32,757 nucleotides of DNA, from the NCBI GenBank assembly GCA_003614675.1, contig ML002419.1:1-32757 (forward strand), in the 5' to 3' direction. The first letter of the stretch is position 1. Each line of letters opens with the position of its first letter. A program made the translations under genes and the position numbers. A model generated the notes under the pieces. The model was not told the DNA's origin and ran no database searches. It saw only the letters and a list, made by a program, of their open reading frames with translations. The DNA comes from Dimargaris cristalligena. Taxonomy: Eukaryota. Positions 1-11,269 of this stretch are shown piece by piece.

Positions 1-3000
1 TTTAAGAGAACTTGAAAAAAATTCGAAGCCGGGCCAATTCATTTTATATAGTATTATTTAGCGCAATTTTTCTCCAGTAGCTTTGAAGCAAGTGTAGTGT
101 CATTATCAGTTCGTACATGCCAACTTTCTACAGCACTCTTTTTGCCTCATTTATATATAGTGGCAACTATACCCATGTATAATTCCTGGTACTCGGTAAT
201 GACTATGTACTCAATAGGAAATCTTCCACTATTACAGTAATGTTTTTTCAGACCGCACTATTGCCGCACATCACTTACCTCTTCATAAGCGAATATTTGA
301 GGTAAATCCCCGGGACATCTTTTTCTGCCGAACAACAACAACCCACCCCGGTCAACCATCATCTATGAGCGATTCAATCCGGTTGTAAATCGAATGCCAT
401 GTTCGATGAGAGACGGGTATTTTTTGTAAGAATTTAATCTACTACATATTTCCCCTGTATACCTATGGCCGAGCTTCAGTCCAACCTTAAAGCAGGACAT
501 CCTTTAGATGAGGCCAATTTTACTGCTCAAAGTTACTACGCCCACTTATTTTACCGTTTAGAGCACATTCGGAATTTTAGACAACTGTATTGAATTTTAC
601 CCACACCAATGTAATATATTATTTTTTTACAGTCGAGCCGAATTTTATCCTTGTCTAATTCCAGAGTCCTGTTGATCCCCGTATTTCCATGCGTTTACCG
701 CCAATGATTGATGTGAGACCATATACTCGTTGCACTAGTATACCACATTTCAGTGATTGAATATAGTTTACGTAAGCATTTATACGTTCCGTACACTCGC
801 AGATCGTGGAAAATACGAGCCAGTATGTGGTTTTACTCAAGTATAATGACGCTTTGTAATTTGCTTGACCCTAGTAACAGAGATATACCAGGTCACGTTG
901 GGTTTATTTTAGTATAGAAAAATGGCCTCTAGTTTAAAAAGCAGCGGGTTCTCACGCGTGAAAGGTCCAAAGTAATACTGGTTCTATATCAGATACGCTG
1001 ATCAGTCATTTTTGAGTGGGGAACACCAGCTGTCCTCCTAAACTACACAAAGTCGCACTGACCAATTTAATAATATAATATGGGTGGAGTTCAACTTGGT
1101 TGTATAAGATTTTAACCAATATGTATATGGGAAAATCGGTGGGAGGTTTATTATCAACCAGTAGTACTTGCCTCATCAAATGGATTTTTCGTTATACAGC
1201 CTTGTTGAACGACTCCCCATATCGACTGATAAAAGAGAATGACATCTCTAGGATCGACCAATGCCACCTAAACCAACCACCGACCAATCCTTTCGACACG
1301 ATGGGCAATGGGCCGAAAATAGAGCAGAATATACCCCACTCCATCAATGATTGTGTGGGAAGGCAATACGCCTCCCGAGAAGCCACAGTGAATATCTATT
1401 GAATGAGAGGTTTACCAAGTCCTTAACATTGTTACGCATAGGCCGGGATTAGTCAATACTGCCATTTGTGATACTGTTTGGGGAGCTTAAATGCACCTAG
1501 ATATATTTATTAACACTGTGTTGAGGGATGAAGGGCCCGGGGTGACGTGTGCTCTTTTCCTATTTATACCGCGGGTTTATTGACAGGGCCGACTGGGCTA
1601 GTAGCTGTATACTGCCTGCTCGGCGGCGCATTCTCGCTGGTGGAGCCTGGTAACCGCCCCACTTCAGGGGATTTGTCCTCTCTTGGTGGTTGCAATATAG
1701 TGTTACGCCCTGACCGAACAGGGCCGGGAATTATCATGTTTACCGAGTGGGGCTTGTTAGCTGTATTAAAGAACGAAATAATCAGTATCAAATTAATAAT
1801 GTTATCAAGACATAATCCGACCTGTACAAGGAACCGAATCTCTATTTAAACCTCCAATATATTAAAATGGCACATTTCCTTTCGGCGGAGGGGCCAGGTG
1901 GCCTCTATATCCTCGGGGCGACTGTCCCCTTCACGCGGTTGCAATATAGGTACGTTAAGGGAAAAAATGATATCCGTAAAACCTATGAGGATTGGGATGT
2001 TCAATGGAAAGGGAGCATCCCCAATTCACGGAGTGAGGTAAATATCCCATATATATGCAGCTAAAAGATTAGGCTGGACTGCAACCGCAAGGTAGGGCGA
2101 ACCACACTACTACAGAATGATTAGGGCACCCTACCAATGAAATAGCTCAACTCGTCCCTCTACCTATATTCACCACCTCCACTAGACAAGTAGCAAACAG
2201 CACCCCAGCCGCCCTAGCCAACAGGCAAACAATCAAGGAGTATCTTAACGAATAGACATATCACAAATTCAGCTCTCCAGGATTCAGTCCCGCCCATCTC
2301 GACCCAACTGCTCTACAAGATACACTGGTTACTGGGTGTGTAGCACCTATTGGTTAAGCCGAACTTATCCTATATATGGCAGGAATGCCCGTTTAGGAAT
2401 CCAGTGTGCTCGAGGAATAATTTGGTTGGCCATTATAATATAACCGCATGTTTCATGAGGTGTAAATTATAGATATTCCACATCATCCCCGCCAATAAAA
2501 GATACCAGGGGTATTGGGTGGGCAGGAGAGACACATCCTTAAATACCCTAGCATGACCTATAATTGATGTAATCAATTACATAGACATAGTCACTTGAAG
2601 TTGTTTTAGGTCAGTTGAACCATTACACAACAATACCTGTATTCTAGCGTCAAATTATACTTTGAACTGTGAAAGAAATGCTATTATGGAAGCCCGCTAA
2701 TTGAATTACAGTGGTGGCAAAAGGAGGAGGAGGAGGGGGGGATGACCTCTATTTATAAATACAAACAAATCGTACCTTAAAAGCACTAAAGTACTAGTAA
2801 GGGGATGAATCTGAGTTCGGTTCTATATGTGCCGCATCTCTTACCATGCGTGACCACCATCGCACTGATTCGATCAGGCGCCTGGGATTAGCTGTGGAAC
2901 CTTGAGTCGTAGAGATCAATACCGCAGCAATGCCACCCAAGATGCGCCGTAGCCGGGAGGGACATCCATTACCTCGCTCCCCGATACTTCGTCAGGTATA

Positions 3001-3430
3001 TAATGATTCTAATCAGTGGTTTGTCTTCGGCTATACCACATTGCCTGATACGGATCCCACACAGTTCAATAACACCCTACTCGAATAATCCTACCGAGTT
3101 ATCCAAGACTCGTATACATGCCACCTTTCTAAGTTCACTGGATTGCAAAGTATCTGACAGGACCCGGGTCGCGAAGTTCTCTATCCCCCTACCAACAACT
3201 CCCACTATAACCATAATTATTTGATATGAATTAATCACGACCAATGTATTAAGAGTACACGATGTCACATTGTGTGGCAATTTAAAAATAAAACCGATAG
3301 TAGTTGATAAGGACTTGCCAAAGCTTGGAGGAAATAATATAAGATGCGTTAGAGCAAATAGAATACTGAGATGATAATAAAAGGTAGGCAAAAAACAGAC
3401 GTAACCATCTAAAAAATAAAATAAATCAAA

Positions 3431-3448
3431 AGAGAGAGAGAGAGAGAG
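3431..3448. repeat. (AG)9 microsatellite in the OPT 3' flank
   Basis: Read directly from the sequence. Confidence 0.9.
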
Positions 3449-3470
3449 AATAAAGGATATAATGGGAAAC

Positions 3471-5769
3471 TTAATGACCACCTCCACCGCTGCCATTGAA
3501 CCCAAGGGCCAACATGAGCAGCGAAAGGGTACCTTCACCTAGGACAAATCCGGAGGCCACGACAATAGCCATAACATTCCTGGACTTCTCGAAACGGGGG
3601 TCGGAGAAGCGGTTCCAAAGGTATACGGAAAGGGCACCGGTAAGTCGGGCGAGGGTGAAATTGGGGGGGGTTGTAGATACCAATGGCAAAGGCGATGCCG
3701 GAGGGCAGGTACTTCACCCAGCGCTGGTGGCTGAACATGGTCTCCAGTATAGGCAGGCAGGCAAAGAGGAGGGAGAACCCAATGATGAATGGTCCCGAAT
3801 TGGTGGGCAGGGAGTGGCCGTTCACTAGCCGGGACATGTCCAACCATACTTGGGCGGTGGGGACTTCGAATTCAGGGCCGGGAATCTCGTAAGTGGACGT
3901 ATAGAGCATGTAAGCCCCCACCGAGACAAACACCGAGAAAAACGAACCCAGCATCTGGCCGTAGAACTGGGCCCGTGGGGAAGCGTGGAGCAAATGGCCG
4001 GTTTTCAAGTCCTGCATCATATCGCCGGCCTGTTGGGCACCGGCTTCGGCGATACCGCCGGCAACGAGGTTAGCAACTAGGTTACCAGGGACGACACCGG
4101 CGAAGATCACCTGAGATACCTTACCGATGCCGCTCACGGGATTCAAATCGGTTTCACCCAGAGCCCGCACGCCCAAAATGGACAGCAGACAGGCAATGAA
4201 GACGGCCAGGATGGTAGCGTAGATGGGGATGCGGAACAGGATGGTCATGGCGACGACACAGAGGACGGACGAAAGGAATAGACCACCGTAGACGACCCAG
4301 TTGGGAACCAGATGGCGGGGATGCACATCCAGATTGTCGAGGTCCATGATTTCGGAGAAGGTGGGGTTCCGGGGCTGGTAGTTGGTGGCCGACTCGTCAC
4401 CTTCGACTCCCGAATTCCCGGACAGTACGCCACTGTCGGACGACTTCTGGGCCTTGACGGCACGGCGCCCTTGGTACTTAACCCAAAGCTGGCGCCCTTC
4501 CTTGAAGGTCATAACGCCCAGAGACACGAGGGACTCGGCGATCATGACCGCCAGCGAAATCCACAGAATCCAACCCTGGGGACCAGTCTTCCAATCCTTG
4601 ACGGGGCCGGGGGCCCACCCCTGGTAATGGGATAGGGGCGACAAAAAACCCCAGCCGACAATGGCACCGAGGGTCATGGCTAAACAAGTGGGCAGACCCA
4701 TAATGACACCCTGGCCCATGTAACTGGGGGATGGGCGGTAGGTCCAGTTCCAATGGGCGGCTGTCGCACCAAACACCGGCAGATTGTTGATGAAGGGCTT
4801 CATGTGGGCGGCGACGGTGTAGCCTCCGGAGATGGCAAAGGAAATCATGAGGGCGTAGCCTTTGCTCTTCCAGTCGGCGTCCATGGCGGCAATGCGCTTG
4901 GCCGTATCGTCGTCCAGGTCCACGGCATTCTGGGAGGAGATATGCTCCATGCTGGAATTGCGCGAAGGGGTGTTGGACTTGCTCAGGGGTCTAACGGCAT
5001 GCTGGTAGGTGGGGCGCTGCAGTTTCATGCGCTCGGACCTGACCCGTTCGTCGAGCTCCTCGGCCTCCAACGTGGGGTCCTTCCGCTGGTGCAGCACGCT
5101 AATCATTTGGGCGGTGGCGGTTCCGGAGGGGAACTTGAGTTTTTCCTTGATGATCGTTTGTCGCCGCAGGGGAATGGCGAAGAACACTCCGAAAAACGCT
5201 AGACCCATACCCCACAGAACCAGCTCACCGAAGTTCATCACCACCGAGCCACCGCCGGGGTTGTCTTCGAGGGTCAGCATTTTAAGGGCCGGCACAATGC
5301 CCACGAACCCACCGGCCAGGGGCATGGTGGCCGTGGCCACGGCGGTTGTTTGGAGAATGACGTTTTCGGCGGGTCCGAAGTTGATGGGCAGGCAGAACGC
5401 GGCCAGTTTGAAGAGCACGAAGCCGACCAGAGACGACTGGAGGGACATCATACTGATCCAACCCGTTTGCAGGCCAAAGTACATGTTACTGAAGCAGAGC
5501 AGACAGCCGATAAGCAGGCCCACAATGACGGAGCGCCACGTGAAGTGCGGGCCGGTATTGTCGATGGGCAAAAAGGCACGTTCTTCGTCGGGAATATCGT
5601 CGCCGATGAGGTCGTCGTGGTGGAAGGACCGGTCGTCTCCGTCATCGCTGGACGGCTTACCCGAGGTGTAGCGGCTGTAGGGATCGGCAGCTACTGCGGG
5701 GGTGTCCGGCAGGTGGTCCTGGGCATCGGGGATAAGTTGGTAGTCGGCGGTTCGTGAACGAAGGACCAT
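3471..5769 (-). CDS. Oligopeptide transporter superfamily protein, YSL/YGL114W-like clade; apparent single-base frameshift at the G8 run 3663-3670 (765 aa if one base is removed)
   Basis: The ORF 3535..5769 has many hydrophobic segments and YSL-clade motifs (SNMYFGLQTGWISMMS, FPSGTATA, GETDLNPVSGIGK, DLKTGHLL). The last transmembrane helices (NFTLARLTG...IVVASGFVLGEG) lie in another frame (ORF 3471..3689). Deleting one C from AAC CCC CCC C AAT gives YNPPNFTLAR and joins the two frames. Confidence 0.93.
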
Positions 5770-5883
5770 AGTGAATATAAAGGTATTGGTAAATGGGTAT
5801 TAGAGTGAGGGTATATGGTACAGGTTGATAAATACAGCCTCTATTTGATATTCACAACTAAAAGTACACGTGCTGTGGCACGT

Positions 5884-6538
5884 CTAGTGCCGAAGTAGAA
5901 TAAAGTCTAAAGCTGTGGGGCGCCACGCGCCGGTTGCCCAAATGGCTGAAAAGAAGTTTTCCTCGTTGTGACACAGAAGCTGGCCAATGTATGTAGGTAC
6001 TCAGCCGAGAGATGGGTCAAAGAGCATATGGCCAGTAGAGTAAATGGCGGGAGAAGGGTGAATGTATTGGAATAAATAGGCTAGTTTAAGGGAAGAATAA
6101 GGCCAATTGAAACTAGTAGACAAAGAATGGGTTTGAAAAAGAAAGAATTATAAAGAATGCTAAAATAGGGGATTCGGCAAACCCGGGCAGCAGGGTGAGA
6201 ATATATAAAGGGAGAAGTAGAAAGAGAGAGAGAGAGAGAAGTGGGCGGCATAGAGAAAGGGCCTGCTGGTACGTAAGCGATTAGCCGGGACGGCAGGGCC
6301 AAATGCGACCCACATTGGGTCAGCCAGTCACGCACGCATACAGCCAGTTGCCATAAGAGGTCGGAAATCTCAGTAATAGTAGAGTAGAGTAGAGTGCGGG
6401 GGTTCTCTAGACCCACCCAATCCAATCCACTGGGACAATAATGGGGTTATATATATAATTTCCCACACAGTGGCGTTCACGCGACGGATGGAACATGAGA
6501 CAGTGGCTTACCTGATTGGCCTTGGATTTTTCGGACAT
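5884..6538 (-). CDS. Candidate intron-split uORF or small peptide upstream of the OPT gene, join(6538..6512, 5979..5884), 40 aa: MSEKSKANQLLCHNEENFFSAIWATGAWRPTALDFILLRH
   Basis: The ATG sits in a caaccATG context. Nine codons follow, then a canonical CAG|GTAAGC donor at 6511. A CCAG acceptor at 5980, with a GCTGAG branch-like motif about 20 nt upstream, gives an open phase-0 exon ending in TAG 115 nt before the OPT ATG. The acceptor choice is uncertain. Confidence 0.4.
6223..6238. repeat. (AG)8 microsatellite
   Basis: Read directly from the sequence. Confidence 0.9.
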
Positions 6539-6719
6539 GGTTGAAGCGGCGTCGATTCAATAAATAGGGGTAAATAAATGTCGAGATAGCGACGGTGTGG
6601 TAGGAATTTATCGAACGGGCGCGTCAGCTTAGCCCGGTGAATTAAAAGATGCAGGGTTAATCCGGATATTAATGGAAAACGGTGACTTGAGTGTATTGTA
6701 AAAAAAAGGAAATGCAAAA

Positions 6720-6966
6720 CTAAGCAAATTAAGTGAGGAAAAGCGGATTGTTGTTTGACTGAGCTAGGAGTACAATCGCTAAAGGATATATTTTTAAAAG
6801 GATAACTATGAGTCCGAACTAGAGGTTCATCTCGTCGGCTTTATTTTTCTTCGAAACTATAATAAAGGGTAAAAAGTACAGGCGGAATGGTAACTAGCTG
6901 CGATGATTCATTTTAATCGGAGGGAGGGCGTGTGTAGGCAACTTTATATACCCGTACTCAACTCAC
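6720..6966 (-). other. Candidate 5'-leader intron (247 nt) of the OPT transcription unit
   Basis: On the minus strand there is a GTGAGT donor at 6966, a CTTAAT branch-like motif and a TTGCTTAG acceptor ending at 6720. The length is similar to the other introns in this window (165-239 nt). Confidence 0.35.
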
Positions 6967-8649
6967 TTGCGTACCCGAAAGCATGCCATTCCAATTAGAG
7001 TGACCTCGGAGTCCAATGCATCAAACACATTCCGAACGATGGGGATACGAGGTCTCGGAGCGAGCAAGGGAGAGAGTGAAAAAAAAAACACCCATCGAAG
7101 TCGAATTGTGTGGTGATTTCGTATTCGTTTATTTTGATGGAGAGGTTGTAGGAGTAGTTTTGCTGGTAGCGTACTAGGTGCAGCCCTGGATAAGGGGGGG
7201 GAAGAGAAGGGAGGAGACACTGTCAGGGGCTTATTGGTGGAACAATGCTTGTGTAAGTCTGGCTGTTCACTCGATTGAATCTCTCCAATTCCAGTGCCGT
7301 TTACCTCTTGCATTCACTAACCCCATTCGCACATAAGCGGGGGGAGGGATACTCTCTTCTTGGTTAGTTAGGGGCCGTAGAAATGAATCGAGACCGCTGG
7401 TCCGGCGTAACGGGGCTGTTGGTTCAGTCATTACAAAAAATCACCCCGGTGAATGAAATGAGCTAAGCTGAGAACGGCAGGAGCGTAATATACACACTGC
7501 TGCCCCCTTTCATGTGGTTGGTTGGTCAGTAGAGGCGGCAGTACGCCTGCCCAAAGGGCAACCACACTGTTGGATCCGATCACCCCAGATCCTACCGATG
7601 ACGGCCCGGTGTTCTGGGCAAGGCGCTTATTTGCATGCTCCCCCCCCTCCCCGACTTAAATTGCCCCCCCCCCTAGTGCCATAATAACCCAGCCCCATAT
7701 ATATTTTGATCTACTCCAAACCCAATAACTCCGTGGCTGTGGCTATGGGATCGAAGGAGGGGGGAAATGATCGATATTGAAAAATTAGGCATGATCCCTG
7801 TGGGAGGGTTGCACAAAGGCTGACAAGGGACCTGCCACATCGATGAATATTGGTAAGAAATGGTGCAATCGCGAGTTGGCGGGCTCCGTCCTCCTACTCT
7901 AGTCGAAAGGCCGGACCACCCTGAGTGGCCAGCACTTAGTCAGGTTTGCCCACAGGAGTGACGCCTGTGTAACCCGGCGCAGTCTCGACTTTTATAGCCA
8001 AGGCTGCTCACCTTTCGTCGCGTTTTTCGCTATGTGCCCCCCCCCCCCTCAGACACATATACACCCCCTAGTTTCTCTTGAGTCATTTTTTCATTCGGTT
8101 CTTTTTATTTTTGCTTCTTCATAGCGCTGCGTTGGTTACCCAACTCAACCGACTAGGATTAGGCTGACCAAGCTGTTTGATCTTTATTAGTAAGCAGCTG
8201 TACCGCCATCACACCAGCTACTAAAGGGTTACTTCTGTCTAACCTGGGCTGTGTATAACACTGAGACACCGCCAACTGGCGGGAACGACCATGGTTCGAT
8301 TATCTTTAGCAAATTCTCCTACAGACCAATATTACACAGACCATGGCTAACCGTCGGTCTTGCTAACGCGCGTGGACGGCTTACCGGTACGGCAGATCCG
8401 GAAGCGTTGTTCGGTAGATAATAAAATATATATATTCAGCGGCCCGGCTGGCTTCTGTTTATTTCCGAAATATAAAATGGCGACATTTCACCGCGCCATT
8501 GGCCATGCGGACTTCCGGATCGCGTCATTTTACCCAACCCTCCTATTATCCGGGCGGCGATAGTCATGTGCCGGAAACCATAAAGTGTGTCCGAGAGCGA
8601 TTTAATTCCCACCGTTCACCAGTGGACATGTCTCAATAGGCCCTAGAAA

Positions 8650-8682
8650 AGGAGAGCGGCGGTGATTTTCAGCCGCTCTCCT
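8650..8682. repeat. Perfect 11-bp inverted repeat with an 11-nt loop
   Basis: AGGAGAGCGGC-ggtgattttca-GCCGCTCTCCT. Confidence 0.85.
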
Positions 8683-8775
8683 AATATATTATATACATAA
8701 TAATACCCCCCCTCCATATTTCCGAATCAGGTTAACTATGACCGACCCAACAAATGGATGTCCAGACAAGGAACC

Positions 8776-8799
8776 AATAATAATAATAATAATAATAAT
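8776..8799. repeat. (AAT)8 microsatellite
   Basis: Read directly from the sequence. It explains the spurious poly-Tyr ORF. Confidence 0.9.
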
Positions 8800-10552
8800 A
8801 GCATTCTCGTTTAATAATGTTATTAACGCACAATAAGCGATTCCCCAAATGCCGCCGGGGCTCGAATGCGAAAATATCCGCCCCTGGACCCCGTGTACCG
8901 AACACCTCCCCTGAACAAGGAATGGGCCACGACATTTAAAATAACAGTGCCCCGGCTAATTCTATTAAACCACAGCCCCTCATCGATACATTCCCTGAGG
9001 GGCCCCCCATTCACGGGGTCCAATCATACCAAGACGTGACTGACTGCCAGCGGCCAAATGTAACCCCATCTCCCCCATGAGCTAAGCTGATTTTAAAAAA
9101 TCAATAGCGCCAATATAAATATAAATATAAATATATATATGTATATGCCCCAGCCCGATATTCGGCGATTGCATATAAAAGGGCTCGGTTGGGTGGGACG
9201 CTAGAAACAAAAGGCAGCTGACCCCTCTTGTGAACCTCAACCATGTTTTTTGTTTTCGGATGGATTGGGTGGTGTGGCCATCGAGAAGACGGGAGGGGCG
9301 CCACTCGACGATGTGGCTAGCCCGGGAGATTCCAAGGCGCATGCGGTAGACAACTCTCTCCGTCCTATCGGTCCAATAATCCCGTGGTTAAAGTCCAACT
9401 GCGGGTTACCTGTACAACCATTTAAGCACGCCATTTGAATAAAGGATTGGTTCATCAGAGCAGTGGCCCTCGGCCGAAATATTGCCCGTGGCTCTATAAC
9501 TCATGTCCCACCTCTACAGTCATCATTATCCCTATCATCATTATGACCCCCCCCCCTTCTACACTAGTCTCTCCCGTGGATTCGTATGCATTAGTAAGAC
9601 GGCGGGTATTTAGATATGGTCTTGGACTTGGACTTAAAAGGCGCAATAAGGGAAGGGTTCCGCTATTTGGAAGGCGGGTAATGAAACACTGCCTTAATCG
9701 CGGAAATCAATGATGCCGGAATTACGCCGATGATATCGACGGTAGGTCAAACAAAAGGCACATGTCGATAGTCGATGGCAGTGTAGAGAGATGACTAACA
9801 GTCGGCCTATATATTCCCGCCACATTTGGAATCCGTATGTTTATTATTGGCACTATTTTGATAACCAGCCTTTCGGCCATAACTTAACTCCCCAAACTTG
9901 TATTACCCCAGGTTGGCAGCTGCCATGAGCTATATTTGTAAAGACAATGGCCTGCTCATTTCGATACTGGGACATGGTAATATATTGATAATACGTATCC
10001 TCCCTTACTGCACCATTGCATCACTCAACCGGTAAAGTGGGCCTTCCGCATTACCTATCGATGGTAACCGTATTGAATAATAGCTGAATCATTGCACCTC
10101 GCTCAATTCCCAATGACTATATCTTTAACAATTTGAGATATCCCTTAATTGAATGTTAATCATGTAAGTGGCAGGTTAGAAACCATTTTAAAGTATGACC
10201 AATGAATACCCCCCCTACATGGCTCCATCTTCCAACGAGTGGGCAATACACACCCTCTTCTTTAACAAACCGTATGCCAACGACGAATACCAGACATGTA
10301 ATGAATTCCAAATTCATAGAAAAATTCCAAGGGACGATGGGACGATTTATTGAGCTACCCATAATACGTTGTCAATGACAGCCATTCCAAATACTCGACT
10401 AAAGCAAAAAGGACGAATTAACACAGAACCATGCAAAAGAGAGAGCGAAAGCAGTGGGTTTAACACATAACCTTCAGCTATGGCTCATTCCACCCCATAG
10501 GCAAGAACCTAAAAGAAAACCAGGGATTGGTATTTCTAATGATTGTTTTTTT

Positions 10553-10990
10553 TTAATGGCTCTTGAAGTACTCGAGGAGCATGTTGCGGGCCTCGGAGTC
10601 CTCACCCCAGTTGCTGATGACCACGCAGGAGCACCCGACCACCTTACGGGCGTTACCCTCACGGTCGATCTTGCACAGACCAGCCCATTCGCCGATCTTC
10701 TTGGGGTCCGACACCTTGATGAGGTTGATCTTGTGCTCGGCGCACAGAGCCTCGACCAGCTTGGTGTATTCGGCTTCGTCGCAGGAGTCGCTCAGGACGC
10801 ACATCTGGGCGCGGCGGCTGTCGAGGGCCTGGGCGCATTCGCGGAGACCACGGACCAGACCGTTGTGGATCAGGGCACGACGGAGCACATCCTGGATGGC
10901 ACCTTCGATGGTCATCGAAGAGCTGGGGGCGGAAGCGTCGGCGGACACCTCGATCTCAATAGATTGCTGAACATCTCCTTCAGAGGCCAT
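10553..10990 (-). CDS. RPS12: 40S ribosomal protein S12 (eS12)
   Basis: The 145-aa ORF has the eS12 signatures [21 protein letters not shown] and [26 protein letters not shown]. Confidence 0.98.
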   Translation of the reverse strand: MASEGDVQQSIEIEVSADASAPSSSMTIEGAIQDVLRRALIHNGLVRGLRECAQALDSRRAQMCVLSDSCDEAEYTKLVEALCAEHKINLIKVSDPKKIGEWAGLCKIDREGNARKVVGCSCVVISNWGEDSEARNMLLEYFKSH

Positions 10991-11051
10991 GTTGATTGAT
11001 TCTTTTTTGGTTGAATGGGGGGGACGGGGGGTATGACCTGTGAGTTCCTTG

Positions 11052-11269
11052 CTGTATAGTGGTGATATGAGTAGAGAAGGGTAGTAAATTGGGTTAGGAT
11101 ACGGCGTTGGAGAACTCGGGTAATATTATCGATATGAGACGGGTAAGGCCGTCCATCCATCTGTTTGTCTGGACATGGCTCGTCATTAGGTAGGTATCCA
11201 GAGCTCGAATGGGTGGATAGATGGATGGATGGATGGATGCCATATGCCAGCTAGTTCAACGGAACTTAC
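11052..11269 (-). other. Probable 5'-UTR intron of RPS12 (218 nt)
   Basis: On the minus strand: GTAAGT donor at 11269, CCTAAC branch motif at about 11093-11098, a pyrimidine-rich tract and a TACAG acceptor ending at 11052. An alternative CACAG acceptor ends at 11038. Confidence 0.6.
11220..11239. repeat. (GATG)5 tetranucleotide repeat within the RPS12 leader intron
   Basis: Read directly from the sequence. Confidence 0.85.

Noticed and set aside
465..2360. Short ORFs at the start of the window (465-593, 1100-1402, 1547-1849, 1867-2064) and a possible retroelement relic near 2100-2350
   Set aside because: I recognised no domains or RT/RNase H motifs and could build no consistent splice model.
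3077..3538. 153-aa hydrophobic minus-strand ORF
   Set aside because: It runs through the T-rich OPT 3' UTR and the CT microsatellite, so its composition is a low-complexity artefact.
3496..5757. Long plus-strand and alternative-frame ORFs overlapping the OPT gene
   Set aside because: They are antisense shadows of a GC-rich coding sequence and show no recognisable motifs. The same applies to ORFs overlapping RPS12, Mss4, eIF6, the RCC1-like gene and the subtilisins.
5980..6400. TPP riboswitch suggested by CTGAGA and GCTGAGTACC on the minus strand of the OPT leader
   Set aside because: The downstream GAACCTGATC...TAAT...GCG elements of the aptamer are absent.
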